DNA of 20,000 nt. Origin: an uncultured virus (IMG/VR IMGVR_UViG_3300042465_007039) (Duplodnaviria; Heunggongvirae; Uroviricota; Caudoviricetes). The notes beneath the pieces were generated by a model. The model was not told the DNA's origin. It searched no databases and saw nothing but the letters and a program-made list of their open reading frames with translations. The stretch spans positions 51,948-71,947 of the IMG/VR virus record IMGVR_UViG_3300042465_007039. One strand, written 5' to 3'. Every line of letters starts with the position of its first letter. Within the stretch, counting starts at the first letter, position 1. Below, piece by piece: positions 1 to 9,599 of the stretch. Made by a program: the position numbers and the translations under genes.

Positions 1-1
1 G

Positions 2-289
2 TGTCTGAGTTTTGGCCACGGCAAACCTCTGCACATTGGCCGAGGTGGTGCTATCTTGCTGGATGACCCAGCCGCATACAAGACCATGATCCGTCAACGA
101 TATGATGGTCGCGACCTCGATATCACACCCTGGCAAGCACAACACACATTTCAAGTTGGTTATCACTACAAGCCCACACCCGAAGAAGCTGTTCAAGGCC
201 TGGCCATGTTAGAAGGTATCAAAGAACAGGGCTGTGTGCCTGTGCCTGTCGCTTACCCAGATTTAAGAAACATTACCATAGTAGATTGA
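2..289 (+). CDS. DegT/DnrJ/EryC1/StrS-family PLP-dependent sugar aminotransferase, C-terminal part (5' truncated by window)
   Basis: Frame is open from position 2: CLSFGHGKPLHIGRGGAILLDD matches the SF-x3-K-x5-GG PLP-lysine motif; also GYHYK; stop TGA 287-289. Confidence 0.8.
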   Translation, partial: CLSFGHGKPLHIGRGGAILLDDPAAYKTMIRQRYDGRDLDITPWQAQHTFQVGYHYKPTPEEAVQGLAMLEGIKEQGCVPVPVAYPDLRNITIVD

Positions 290-314
290 CTTTGCGGTCT
301 AAATACTATACAAT
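286..314 (+). promoter_or_regulatory. sigma70-type promoter for folE
   Basis: TTGACT(286-291)-17 bp-TACAAT(309-314); TAAATA at 300-305 within the spacer. Confidence 0.65.
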
Positions 315-355
315 TAACAAAACGCAATCCACTGCGTCAACATCGGAGAACATAA

Positions 356-1195
356 TTGACAAAAGAATTTGTACCAGAAAAAATATTACGCAACACAGCT
401 GAATTTGCGCCAGATCAACTACTACATCCTGTAGCCGAATCAAAAACACATAACAATATCATTGCAGGTGCAGAGCAACAAGGCGATGACGATAAAGATT
501 ATAAAGAAGCATACCTAGGTGATCATCTTCGCTTCAAGATGAAACGTGAAGGCAAACGTTTCTGGGCAGGCGATAACATCAGCGAATATGTCACAGAAGA
601 AAATAAAGAACGCTTGATCGACGAAGCAGCCGAAGCATTTGAAACAGTGCTGGATCGACTGCTTATTGATCGAGAAACAGATCCCAACTCAAAAGGCACA
701 GCAAGGCGCCTGGCCAAAATGTATTTTAAGGAGATCATGGAAGGTAGATATGAACCAGCACCAGACGCAACAGCGTTCCCAAATGATAGTGAAGACCGTT
801 ATGAAGGTATGCTTGTTGTTCGAAGCGAGCTTCGTTCTATGTGTAGCCATCATCATCAACCCGTTAGCGGCGTTGCTTACATTGGTATTATTGCTGCTAA
901 TAAACTTATTGGTCTGTCTAAGTATACTCGCATTGCTCAGTGGTGTGCTCGCCGGGGCACACTTCAAGAAGAACTGTGTAATGACATTGCCCGAGAAATC
1001 TCCAAAGCTACCGACAGTGAAAACGTAGCAGTGTATATTCAGGCCACACATGGCTGCTGTGAGAATCGCGGCATCATGGCACATTCAAGTCTAACACAGA
1101 CCACAGTGCTCAAAGGTGCATTCAAGATGGACCAAGGTGTCAAGAAAGAATTCTTTGACAATATCAAACTACAACAGGACTTTGCACCACGATGA
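356..1195 (+). CDS. folE: GTP cyclohydrolase I
   Basis: Zn-ligand motifs SMCSHHH and HGCCENRG, plus GLSKYTRI and QEEL; TTG start after GGAG; long N-terminal extension makes the start uncertain. Confidence 0.95.
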   Translation: MTKEFVPEKILRNTAEFAPDQLLHPVAESKTHNNIIAGAEQQGDDDKDYKEAYLGDHLRFKMKREGKRFWAGDNISEYVTEENKERLIDEAAEAFETVLDRLLIDRETDPNSKGTARRLAKMYFKEIMEGRYEPAPDATAFPNDSEDRYEGMLVVRSELRSMCSHHHQPVSGVAYIGIIAANKLIGLSKYTRIAQWCARRGTLQEELCNDIAREISKATDSENVAVYIQATHGCCENRGIMAHSSLTQTTVLKGAFKMDQGVKKEFFDNIKLQQDFAPR

Positions 1196-1587
1196 CTGAT
1201 TTAGAACAAGCAATGCAGGACAAAATTGCTCCCTGGAACTTGGAAGTCTCTGAGTTAACAGATTTTCATGTGGCTGTGTTTCAGGATCGATATCCGGTGA
1301 CTCATGGTCACTTGTTGTTTGTACCCAAATACAATACTGCGGGAGTGATCCAGGATTGTTTTGAATCTGCCATGGCCGAAGGCAACCGAATGGTCGCAGC
1401 CGGCGAATGCGATGCATTCAACGTGGGTATGAACTCGGGTGCTGCTGCTGGACAAACAGTGATGTATCCGCATATACATCTGATTCCCAGGCGTACAGGC
1501 GACTGCACAGATCCTGTGGGCGGTGTGCGTGGTGTTATTGCAGGCCAGGCCAACTACAAACAACCCGGCTATCAACAGCCGTCATAA
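1192..1587 (+). CDS. HIT-family nucleotide hydrolase
   Basis: DRYPVTHGHLLFVPK and AGQTVMYPHIHLIPRR; the usual HxHxH reads YPHIH, so the first His of the triad is replaced. Confidence 0.9.
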   Translation: MTDLEQAMQDKIAPWNLEVSELTDFHVAVFQDRYPVTHGHLLFVPKYNTAGVIQDCFESAMAEGNRMVAAGECDAFNVGMNSGAAAGQTVMYPHIHLIPRRTGDCTDPVGGVRGVIAGQANYKQPGYQQPS

Positions 1588-1620
1588 GTAATGATCAAGC
1601 GGTCTTGGTGTCATTCCCGC

Positions 1621-1649
1621 TTTACAAACTCTGCCACCTATGCTATAAT
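1621..1649 (+). promoter_or_regulatory. sigma70-type promoter (extended -10) for queD
   Basis: TTTACA(1621-1626)-17 bp-TATAAT(1644-1649) preceded by TGn; AGGAG RBS follows. Confidence 0.6.
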
Positions 1650-1666
1650 CACATAGGAGAAAAAAC

Positions 1667-2218
1667 ATGGCAAACTCATCAGTCGACTTAATCCGTCATT
1701 TAGAAGAAAACTTACAAAACACTAGACCAGTGAACTATAGGTACACCAGCACCAAAGAGTATCACGACTCTTTTCCCTGCGCTTATAGACAATGGCGGGC
1801 TGATAGTCACTGTAATCTAATACACGGCTACAGCTTCAACATGAAGTTTTACTTTGGTACCAATGATCTGGATGCTCGCAACTGGGCTGCTGACTATGGC
1901 GGGCTTAAAGAACTCAAGGCTGTACTAGAAAGTCAATTTGATCACACTCTGCTGGTGGCCGAAGACGATCCTGAACTGGCATTTTACAAAGAAATGGAAC
2001 AGCGCAAGTTGGCCAAACTGACAATTCTGCCTAAGCTGGGTTGTGAAGGTCTGGCAGATCAGCTGTACAAGTATGTGAATGGTGTTTACATTCCTGACAT
2101 GTGGGGCCAAGCCGAGTCCAATCGCTTGTGGTGCTATCGTGTGGAAGTTCGCGAAACACAAGCCAACATGGCGTTCCGCGAAGGACATCGTGAGTGGAAT
2201 GAAGATTTATTTGCGTGA
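1667..2218 (+). CDS. queD: 6-carboxy-5,6,7,8-tetrahydropterin synthase (QueD/PTPS family)
   Basis: HCNLIHGY, DYGGLK, FDHTLL, CEGLA, VEVRET motifs; near folE and queE. Confidence 0.9.
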   Translation: MANSSVDLIRHLEENLQNTRPVNYRYTSTKEYHDSFPCAYRQWRADSHCNLIHGYSFNMKFYFGTNDLDARNWAADYGGLKELKAVLESQFDHTLLVAEDDPELAFYKEMEQRKLAKLTILPKLGCEGLADQLYKYVNGVYIPDMWGQAESNRLWCYRVEVRETQANMAFREGHREWNEDLFA

Positions 2219-2436
2219 GAAAACTAGCAACAGGTGCTGAAGTTCCTGATCTGGACAAGGCTGTGACACTCACAATCAAAACCAAGTGTCCTGCCAAGTG
2301 GATGCTGGTTGACATGGAAACTAGCGAAATGTATTCTCCATACGATACTCCTGGAAAACTGCAATGGAAAAAAATTGATCAAGATCAACATCCAGTGCTG
2401 AAACTTTTAAAGATTTATCCAAATGAAAAAATATAA
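2215..2436 (+). CDS. hypothetical protein
   Basis: 73-aa ORF overlapping the queD stop (GTGA), filling the gap to the next gene. Confidence 0.65.
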   Translation: MRKLATGAEVPDLDKAVTLTIKTKCPAKWMLVDMETSEMYSPYDTPGKLQWKKIDQDQHPVLKLLKIYPNEKI

Positions 2437-3277
2437 CATAGCAATTTTGCTGCCTACTCGTGGCAGAACACATGCGTTGGATCGCAGTGTACGTACCTTG
2501 ATCGACAACGCACATGACATAAAGAATGTACAGATCATGTTTGGATTTGATCGCGACGACACAGTGGGACTTGATTATTTTCGCACCAGTCTCCAACCCA
2601 AACTGGATCAACAGGGTGTGGATTATGTGGCTGTGCAGTTTAATCCCCTGGGCTATATCAACATCAACCGATATGGCAATATCTTGGCCGAACATGCTGA
2701 CGCAGACTGGTACATGTTCTGGAACGACGATGCTATTATGGAGACAGCTGAGTGGGACAGAATGATCGGCGAACGCACTGGTGAGTTTCGACTGTTGGCG
2801 GTGCACACTCACAATGATCACCCTTACAGCATTTTTCCCATTGTGCCTGCAGAGTGGATGGACATTCTTGGCCACTTGAGTCCGCATCAAATGATTGACG
2901 CTTGGTTGAGTCAACAGGCCTACATGTTGGACATCATGGACCGACTAGAAATCTATGTCACCCACGATCGTCATGATCTCACTGGCAACAATGCTGACGC
3001 CACGTTCAAAGGACGTATAGCACTGGAAGGCCGTCCTCATGATCCTGTAGACTTCCATCATATCTCCAACACTAAACGTCGCATGGCAGAATGTGAAAAA
3101 CTTGCAGTTTACATGCGATCTCTAGGCACGGATACTGCCTGGTGGGATAGCGTCAAAGCTGGTACACAAGATCCCTGGGTCAAACTCAAAGATTTTGATA
3201 CCAATCATCAGATGGTACAGTTCAACATGAAAGTTGATCCTGCCAGTGGCCAAGTAAATTATACTCCTGACCAATGA
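2423..3277 (+). CDS. glycosyltransferase, GT-A/GT2-like
   Basis: N-terminal IAILLPTRGR, FGFDRDD, and WYMFWNDD (DxD-like) motifs. Confidence 0.8.
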   Translation: MKKYNIAILLPTRGRTHALDRSVRTLIDNAHDIKNVQIMFGFDRDDTVGLDYFRTSLQPKLDQQGVDYVAVQFNPLGYININRYGNILAEHADADWYMFWNDDAIMETAEWDRMIGERTGEFRLLAVHTHNDHPYSIFPIVPAEWMDILGHLSPHQMIDAWLSQQAYMLDIMDRLEIYVTHDRHDLTGNNADATFKGRIALEGRPHDPVDFHHISNTKRRMAECEKLAVYMRSLGTDTAWWDSVKAGTQDPWVKLKDFDTNHQMVQFNMKVDPASGQVNYTPDQ

Positions 3278-3684
3278 CCCAGAAAATCCACAGTCGATCC
3301 CAACCAGACACTTTGTTAGCGTGTGTGATGTCAGCAGCTGACGCTGCAGGTCGCACGGACGCAGCAGATGCAGAAGAAATTTTACAAGCCAGTATTTTGC
3401 GATTGCCCACTGGCAAAACTATTGCTCCGCACTGTCATCTGCCACAGGTGCGAACTACTACAGGCACCTGTGAAGCCTGGGTTGTGGTGTCGGGTCGTGT
3501 GGTAGCACAGGTGTTTGATCTTGACCAGTCACTGGTCGCAACTGTGGGATTGACTGCAGGCGACTGTATGATCTTGTATCGCGGTGGGCACAACTTCACA
3601 GTGGTATCTGTAGATGCTGTGATATACGAAATCAAAAACGGTCCCTACAACGGACCCAAAGCTGACTCGGAAAAAATTCAATGA
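3274..3684 (+). CDS. cupin-fold protein (WbuC/sugar isomerase-like)
   Basis: PHCH...EAWVVVSG...LTAGD...GGHNF...EIKNGPY cupin motifs. Confidence 0.8.
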   Translation: MTQKIHSRSQPDTLLACVMSAADAAGRTDAADAEEILQASILRLPTGKTIAPHCHLPQVRTTTGTCEAWVVVSGRVVAQVFDLDQSLVATVGLTAGDCMILYRGGHNFTVVSVDAVIYEIKNGPYNGPKADSEKIQ

Positions 3685-4253
3685 AAACACTGGTATTTGG
3701 ATCCACAGGAGGTATTGGTTCCTGTGTGAGTGATCAATTGACTCAACAAGGACATCAAGTTGTAACTGTCACTCGTGCTGAGTTAGAATGCAGCAATGAC
3801 TTTTTAGAACAACAGATCTCTGATATCATTGCCCGAACGGAACCAGACTGGATATTCAACTGTATTGGTACGTTGGGCACCAATCAAAGCAGGTACCGAG
3901 AAGTATTTGATGCCAACTTTGGTAGTGCCTGGGCCATTGTGCGACACTATATCGACCACCCTGATCAAGCAGTCAAAATTGTACTGACCGGAAGTGCTGT
4001 ACACAATCAACCTCGTCGCAATCTGGTGCTGTATGCTGCCAGCAAATCGGCACTGCACAACATGTGGCAAAGCACTGAAGACATATTTGCCGGAACCAAT
4101 GTACACATTGCCTTGATACATCCTCCCAGAGTCAACACACCAATGTTGAATGGTAGACCAGGTGCCAGTTTGGAGCCAGAATACATGGCTCAGGTCATGA
4201 TAGATTTGACACGCACAATGAAAAGTCGTACACTACTAGAACTAGGAACTTAA
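3681..4253 (+). CDS. short-chain dehydrogenase/reductase
   Basis: GSTGGIG Rossmann motif, catalytic YAASK. Confidence 0.88.
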   Translation: MKTLVFGSTGGIGSCVSDQLTQQGHQVVTVTRAELECSNDFLEQQISDIIARTEPDWIFNCIGTLGTNQSRYREVFDANFGSAWAIVRHYIDHPDQAVKIVLTGSAVHNQPRRNLVLYAASKSALHNMWQSTEDIFAGTNVHIALIHPPRVNTPMLNGRPGASLEPEYMAQVMIDLTRTMKSRTLLELGT

Positions 4254-4255
4254 CA

Positions 4256-5233
4256 ATGAAAACAGCATTTATTACAGGCATTGCAGGACAAGACGGCAGT
4301 TATTTGGCCGAACACCTGCTGGAACAGGGCTATAGAGTCACTGGCATCATTCGACGCAATTCAACTGTGGAGCATCAAAAGGATCGCATTGGCAATCTAC
4401 CAGTGGAAGTGGAATACGGTGACCTAACTGATCAAAGCAGTCTGGAACGTGCACTGCGACTGTATCAACCCAATGAAATCTACAACCTGGGTGCACAAAG
4501 TCATGTGCGTATCAGTAGCGACATTCCACAGTTTACCACACAGGTCAATGCCTTGGGTGTGATCAACATGTTGGAGGCCTATCGCACTGTGGTTCCCGAA
4601 GCTAGATTTTATCAAGCTAGCAGCAGCGAGATGTTTGGATCCAGTGTGGATGCTGACAATTATCAGCGTGAGACCACTCCCATGCGACCGGTGAGCCCAT
4701 ATGGTTGTACCAAGGTGTTTGCCTACAACATGGTACATCACTATCGCAAGGCCTACCGGTTGCATGCGTCAAACGGTATATTGTTCAACCATGAGAGCCC
4801 GCGCCGTGGCTCAAATTTTGTGACCAACAAAGTGGTCAAAGGTGCTGTGGAGATTGCTCTGGGCTTGAGTAACCAGTTGGAGATGGGCAATATGGACAGT
4901 TATCGTGACTGGGGTCACAGCTATGATTATGTGCGAGCCATGCACCTGATTACACAACAAGACCAACCTGACGACTTTGTGGTGTCCACTGGCATTACTA
5001 GATCTGTGCGAGACATGTGTGAATATGTATTTGGACAACTGGGATTGAATTATCAAGACCATGTGATTCAGAATCCTAAATACCTTCGCCCAGAAGAACT
5101 GCCTTACTTGCGTGGAGACAACACCAAGATTGTCAAGCAACTGGGATGGCAACTCACATACACATTTGAAGCACTCATGGACGAAATGATTGAGCACTGG
5201 CAACACATTTACAGCCGACAACGCAACGATTAA
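4256..5233 (+). CDS. gmd: GDP-mannose 4,6-dehydratase
   Basis: ITGIAGQDGSYLAE, YNLGAQSHV, FYQASSSEMFG, SPYGCTK, NGILFNHESPRRG, RDWGH. Confidence 0.97.
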   Translation: MKTAFITGIAGQDGSYLAEHLLEQGYRVTGIIRRNSTVEHQKDRIGNLPVEVEYGDLTDQSSLERALRLYQPNEIYNLGAQSHVRISSDIPQFTTQVNALGVINMLEAYRTVVPEARFYQASSSEMFGSSVDADNYQRETTPMRPVSPYGCTKVFAYNMVHHYRKAYRLHASNGILFNHESPRRGSNFVTNKVVKGAVEIALGLSNQLEMGNMDSYRDWGHSYDYVRAMHLITQQDQPDDFVVSTGITRSVRDMCEYVFGQLGLNYQDHVIQNPKYLRPEELPYLRGDNTKIVKQLGWQLTYTFEALMDEMIEHWQHIYSRQRND

Positions 5234-5234
5234 C

Positions 5235-5942
5235 ATGAAAAAACTATTTACATTCGGATGTAGTTTTACCAACTATCGCTGGAGTACGTGGGCTAATTGT
5301 TTGGCCCCAGAATTTGATTATTTTGAAAATTGGGGGCAAGCCGGCGGCGGCAATCATTATATTTTTAATTCAGTAATGGAAGCGGATCAACGGTATTCAT
5401 TTGGACCTGACGATACTGTAGTAGTTTGTTGGACCAGCATTGATCGAGAAGACCGGTACATACAAGACAGATGGCACACACCGGGTAATGCATATTTTGC
5501 CAAGACAGTGTATCATCCAGACTATCTTCGATCTCACATTGATGAGCGAGGATTTTTAATTCGCGATCTGGCATACATCAAAGCTGTAAAAACTTTGTTA
5601 GAAAACCGGCCGGGCATAAACTGGAAATTTTTAAGCATGGTAGAACTAATGGCTCGACCTGTTGCCGACGACAATGTCAGTGTTTATAGAGATGTTATGA
5701 GACTGTATTCAGATGTGCTAGATACTATTTTGCCTGGATACGACAAAACTGTTTTTTTAAACAACTGGCCTAAACCAGGAGATGATCCACATCCCAGTCC
5801 CGAAGAACATTTGGCTTATCTAGATGTAGTGTTGCCAGGTTGGGTGACAAAAGAATCAACTCGTGTTAAAATGCATGAGGAAAGTATTAATTTAACAAAA
5901 ACCCCTGCACGTTCAGGAATAGCAAAGGTAAAAAGATTATGA
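5235..5942 (+). CDS. SGNH/GDSL-like hydrolase-fold protein
   Basis: FGCSFT near the N-terminus, GGGN, C-terminal DPHP; ATG 5235 just after the gmd stop preferred over 5190. Confidence 0.55.
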   Translation: MKKLFTFGCSFTNYRWSTWANCLAPEFDYFENWGQAGGGNHYIFNSVMEADQRYSFGPDDTVVVCWTSIDREDRYIQDRWHTPGNAYFAKTVYHPDYLRSHIDERGFLIRDLAYIKAVKTLLENRPGINWKFLSMVELMARPVADDNVSVYRDVMRLYSDVLDTILPGYDKTVFLNNWPKPGDDPHPSPEEHLAYLDVVLPGWVTKESTRVKMHEESINLTKTPARSGIAKVKRL

Positions 5943-6784
5943 AACTCAAAGTAAGTGAACTATTTTATTCAGCACAAGGCGAAGGTCGCTATGTAGGCGT
6001 TCCTTCAGTATTTCTACGCACGTTTGGTTGCAACTTTACCTGTTCAGGATTTGGCTGCAAGCCTGGAGAAAAATCCACAGAAGCAGACAAAGTGGCCAAG
6101 AAAGTTGAACTGTACAAGACTTTTGAAGAACTACCCTTGGTCACAACTGGCTGCGACAGCTATGCGTCATGGCACCCAGACTTCAAACATCTCAGTCCCA
6201 CATACACTGCACAAGAACTGGCAGACCGCATGACTGAACTGTTGCCCAATGGTGTGTGGCAACAGCCCAACGGCAATCCCGTGCACTTGGTAATCACTGG
6301 CGGCGAGCCCTTGCTGGGCTGGCAACGTGCTTATCCAGAACTGTTGGATATTCTAGCCGAACGTGGTCTGCGGCATATCACATTTGAAACCAATGGTACC
6401 CAAGAACTCACTCGAGATTTCAAACAGTATCTGGCCAACTGGTTTGGTGAGATCACTTTCAGCGTCAGCCCCAAGCTGAGTGTGAGTGGCGAAGCTTGGG
6501 CAGATGCTATACGGCCTGATGTGGTCTGGGATTATGAATCCTACGGTGTGACCTATCTCAAGTTTGTGGTAGAAAAGCCTGCGGACTTTGACGAACTGGA
6601 TCGTGCTGTGGCCGAATATCGCAGTCGTGAATTTGCAGGCCCTGTGTTTGTGATGCCTGTTGGCGGCGTGGTGTCAGTGTATAACGGCAACAGAATTAAC
6701 GTGGCCGACGAAGCACTTAAACGTGGCTACTGGTACAGTCCACGATTGCATGTGGATATCTGGGGCAATGGCTGGGGAAAATAA
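5939..6784 (+). CDS. queE: 7-carboxy-7-deazaguanine synthase (radical SAM)
   Basis: ELFYSAQGEG, FLRTFGCNFTC...GCDS, ITGGEP, FETNGT, SVSPK, SPRLHVDIWG. Confidence 0.93.
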   Translation: MKLKVSELFYSAQGEGRYVGVPSVFLRTFGCNFTCSGFGCKPGEKSTEADKVAKKVELYKTFEELPLVTTGCDSYASWHPDFKHLSPTYTAQELADRMTELLPNGVWQQPNGNPVHLVITGGEPLLGWQRAYPELLDILAERGLRHITFETNGTQELTRDFKQYLANWFGEITFSVSPKLSVSGEAWADAIRPDVVWDYESYGVTYLKFVVEKPADFDELDRAVAEYRSREFAGPVFVMPVGGVVSVYNGNRINVADEALKRGYWYSPRLHVDIWGNGWGK

Positions 6785-7201
6785 ATGTTCAACAAAATCA
6801 AAAAGTGGCTTGGCAATGACCGGCCTGCAGCAGGTGGCCTAGTGCCCCCAAAGCCTGAACCCAGGGCACCAAAAGCCAAGCCTCCGGTCAAGAGTGAGAA
6901 AGAGCTTGCAACTGAAAAAGGCGAGCCTTATGTTGCTATCTTGCGCATGGACGTTGACCCCGAAAACTTGCACCAAGGTGCGTTTGAACTAGACTGGAAC
7001 GAAATCTTTATTGCTCGACTGGTCAAAGCTGGCTACATGATCAAAAAAGACGACACTGACACAGAAATTATGGATCGCTGGTTTCAGAACGTGTGCCGCC
7101 ATGTGGTGATGGAAACTTGGGAACAAGAGCAGGCCATAAACAAATCAGGCATCTGGGTACGCAGCACTGACATTGGCAACGGTCGCAGCGAGGTATCATA
7201 A
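6785..7201 (+). CDS. hypothetical phage protein
   Basis: 138-aa ORF abutting the queE stop; Pro/Lys-rich N-terminus. Confidence 0.8.
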   Translation: MFNKIKKWLGNDRPAAGGLVPPKPEPRAPKAKPPVKSEKELATEKGEPYVAILRMDVDPENLHQGAFELDWNEIFIARLVKAGYMIKKDDTDTEIMDRWFQNVCRHVVMETWEQEQAINKSGIWVRSTDIGNGRSEVS

Positions 7202-7203
7202 AC

Positions 7204-7386
7204 ATGTACAACGTCGAAGAGCGCATGCAAGAATTGGCACTACCCATAGAAAAACAAATCCTAATGTGCGACAATCGCGAAGAACTGCTGATGATGGCTT
7301 GTGTTATGATGCAACGTACTCGAGAAATTTTTGATCAAGAAATTGGTGAGGCAGGCAGAAAATTAATGTTTAAAGATTTAGTATGA
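7204..7386 (+). CDS. hypothetical protein
   Basis: 60-aa ORF after GAGG, stop overlaps next start (ATGA). Confidence 0.7.
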   Translation: MYNVEERMQELALPIEKQILMCDNREELLMMACVMMQRTREIFDQEIGEAGRKLMFKDLV

Positions 7387-7859
7387 TATTTAATCACATC
7401 AAACAACTCAAACAAGACGGAAAGAAAATTGGCATCACTTTCTCAACCTTTGACATGCTGCATGCTGGCCACATTGCCATGCTGTCAGAAGCCAAGAACC
7501 ACTGCGATTATTTGATATGCGGCCTGCAAACTGATCCCACAATTGACAGACCTGATACCAAAAACAAACCTATACAAAGCATTGTGGAACGACAGATACA
7601 ATTGGCTGCTTGCCGTTATGTGGACGAAGTTGTGGTGTATCAAACTGAACAAGATCTCATTGACCTGTTGTTGATTCTGCCACTTGATGTGCGTGTGCTG
7701 GGTGTAGAATACAAGCATCAGGATTTTAGTGGTCGGTCCGAAGGTGCCCTGCGAGGAATTGAACTGGTATTCAACGGACGAGACCATAGTTTCTCCAGCA
7801 GTAGTCTACGCAAGCGTGTGGTTGCTGCCGAAAGTCACAAGGCACTGTCACACAAATGA
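7383..7859 (+). CDS. cytidylyltransferase (TagD/glycerol-3-phosphate CTase-like)
   Basis: TFDMLHAGH (HxGH), YVDEVV, RDHSFSSSSLR. Confidence 0.9.
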   Translation: MIFNHIKQLKQDGKKIGITFSTFDMLHAGHIAMLSEAKNHCDYLICGLQTDPTIDRPDTKNKPIQSIVERQIQLAACRYVDEVVVYQTEQDLIDLLLILPLDVRVLGVEYKHQDFSGRSEGALRGIELVFNGRDHSFSSSSLRKRVVAAESHKALSHK

Positions 7860-8593
7860 TCTTGTACGTTAATGGTTGTAGCCATAGTGCAGCCGCTGAG
7901 GCGTTGGTCAAATACGCCTGGTCATGTGATGACGGTGATCTATGGGGAACTGGAGCTGAGCCGCATCCTGCTAACCTGGCAGTTAGTTACGGCAAAAGAA
8001 TAGCAGACGCCATGGGCATGGACTTGATATGTCAGGCCAGTTCGGGCGGCAGCAACGATCGTGTTATTAGAACCACCACAGAATGGATCAATCACAATCA
8101 AGAACAATTGGCAAATACGTTTGTAATTTTGCAATGGACCACTTGGGAACGAGAAGAATGGTTGCATAATGGCACATGGTATCAAGTAAATGCTAGCGGA
8201 ATAGACACTGTGCCATCTGAACTACAAGAACGCTACAAAAACTATGTGGTAAATGTAGATTGGCCCAGTAAAACTCTTGATGCACATGATAAAATTTGGG
8301 CAATGCATTTGTACCTCAAACAGCTAGGCGTGCGACATTTGTTCTTTAGTGGCCACAGTACATTTAGTGATATCCAGGATCAACTCGACTGGGGCAAATA
8401 CTACATGTATCCGTATGTTCGGGAAGAATCCTATCATAATTGGCTAATAAACAACGGTGGCACCTATGCCAATGCCAAAAGTTATCATTTTGATGCCAAA
8501 AGTCATAGACTTTGGGCTGAACGTGTGCTACAATACATTAAAGATAACCAACTACTAGGCACCAATGAAATACCTGCTAATCGACACGTCTAA
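7856..8593 (+). CDS. SGNH/GDSL-like hydrolase-fold protein
   Basis: NGCSHS, GGSN, QWTTWEREE, C-terminal YHF; same motif layout as 5235-5942. Confidence 0.55.
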   Translation: MILYVNGCSHSAAAEALVKYAWSCDDGDLWGTGAEPHPANLAVSYGKRIADAMGMDLICQASSGGSNDRVIRTTTEWINHNQEQLANTFVILQWTTWEREEWLHNGTWYQVNASGIDTVPSELQERYKNYVVNVDWPSKTLDAHDKIWAMHLYLKQLGVRHLFFSGHSTFSDIQDQLDWGKYYMYPYVREESYHNWLINNGGTYANAKSYHFDAKSHRLWAERVLQYIKDNQLLGTNEIPANRHV

Positions 8594-9599
8594 CATGTTC
8601 TTTCGTGCCAGGCATCAAGCACATCGTGCCAGTGACACATGGACCAAGCTGGGTTTTGCCCTGCACCTGACTTTTATGAGTGCCAACAAGGTTGCTCGTG
8701 ATCTTGGAGCAGACCACGTGGTGTTTGCACTGGAAGGTCGCTCGTGGCGCAAAGACGTGTACAAACCCTACAAGGCCAACCGTGCTGTGGCACGTGGTGC
8801 CATGACTGAGACTGAATCCGAAGAAGACAAGATGTTTTGGGAGACTTATGATTTGATGACCCAGTATCTCTCAGCCAAGACCAATTGCAGTGTGATACGC
8901 TGTGCCACTGCCGAAGCAGACGATGTGATTGCTCGCTGGATCGCACTGCATCCACAAGACGAACATGTGATTGTGAGTTCAGACTCAGATTTTGTGCAAA
9001 TGATTGCACCCAATGTCAAACTCTACAACGGCATCAATGAACACTTGTTTGCTGTGGACGGTGTCACAGACAATCGTGGTCGCCGCCTGGCATTCACTGT
9101 TGAAAGCAACAGTAAAATCAAAGTAGGCAAGCCTGACCCCAAGTTTGAAATACCTGCAGACTATCAGCATTGGGCATTGTTCATGAAATGTATGCGTGGC
9201 GACCCAGGTGACAATGTGTTTTCGGCCTATCCTGGTGTGCGAGTAAAAGGCACCAAGAATCAGGTGGGCTTGACTGAAGCTTTCAAAGACCGTGATCGCC
9301 GTGGTTATGCCTGGAACAATCTCATGCTTCAGAGATGGTCTGACCACGAGCAAGCAGAACACCGAGTGCTAGACGACTACGAACGCAACCGTACCTTGAT
9401 CGATCTCACAGCACAGCCCGATGATGTCAAGGCCGCGGTAGATGCTGCCATTCGCGAACAAGTCAGTCACAAAGATGTGGGCATGGTAGGTGCACACTTT
9501 TTGAAATTCTGTGGCAAGTACGATCTTGTCAAACTCAGCGACCATGCAGATGCCATGGGTCGTTGGCTGAACACAACATACCAAGGAGTATTAAAATGA
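8565..9599 (+). CDS. rnh: T4 RNase H-like 5'-3' exonuclease/flap endonuclease
   Basis: LLIDTSN, SWRK, YKANR, EADD, SSDSDF, GDPGDNV, RNRTLIDL. Confidence 0.92.
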   Translation: MKYLLIDTSNMFFRARHQAHRASDTWTKLGFALHLTFMSANKVARDLGADHVVFALEGRSWRKDVYKPYKANRAVARGAMTETESEEDKMFWETYDLMTQYLSAKTNCSVIRCATAEADDVIARWIALHPQDEHVIVSSDSDFVQMIAPNVKLYNGINEHLFAVDGVTDNRGRRLAFTVESNSKIKVGKPDPKFEIPADYQHWALFMKCMRGDPGDNVFSAYPGVRVKGTKNQVGLTEAFKDRDRRGYAWNNLMLQRWSDHEQAEHRVLDDYERNRTLIDLTAQPDDVKAAVDAAIREQVSHKDVGMVGAHFLKFCGKYDLVKLSDHADAMGRWLNTTYQGVLK

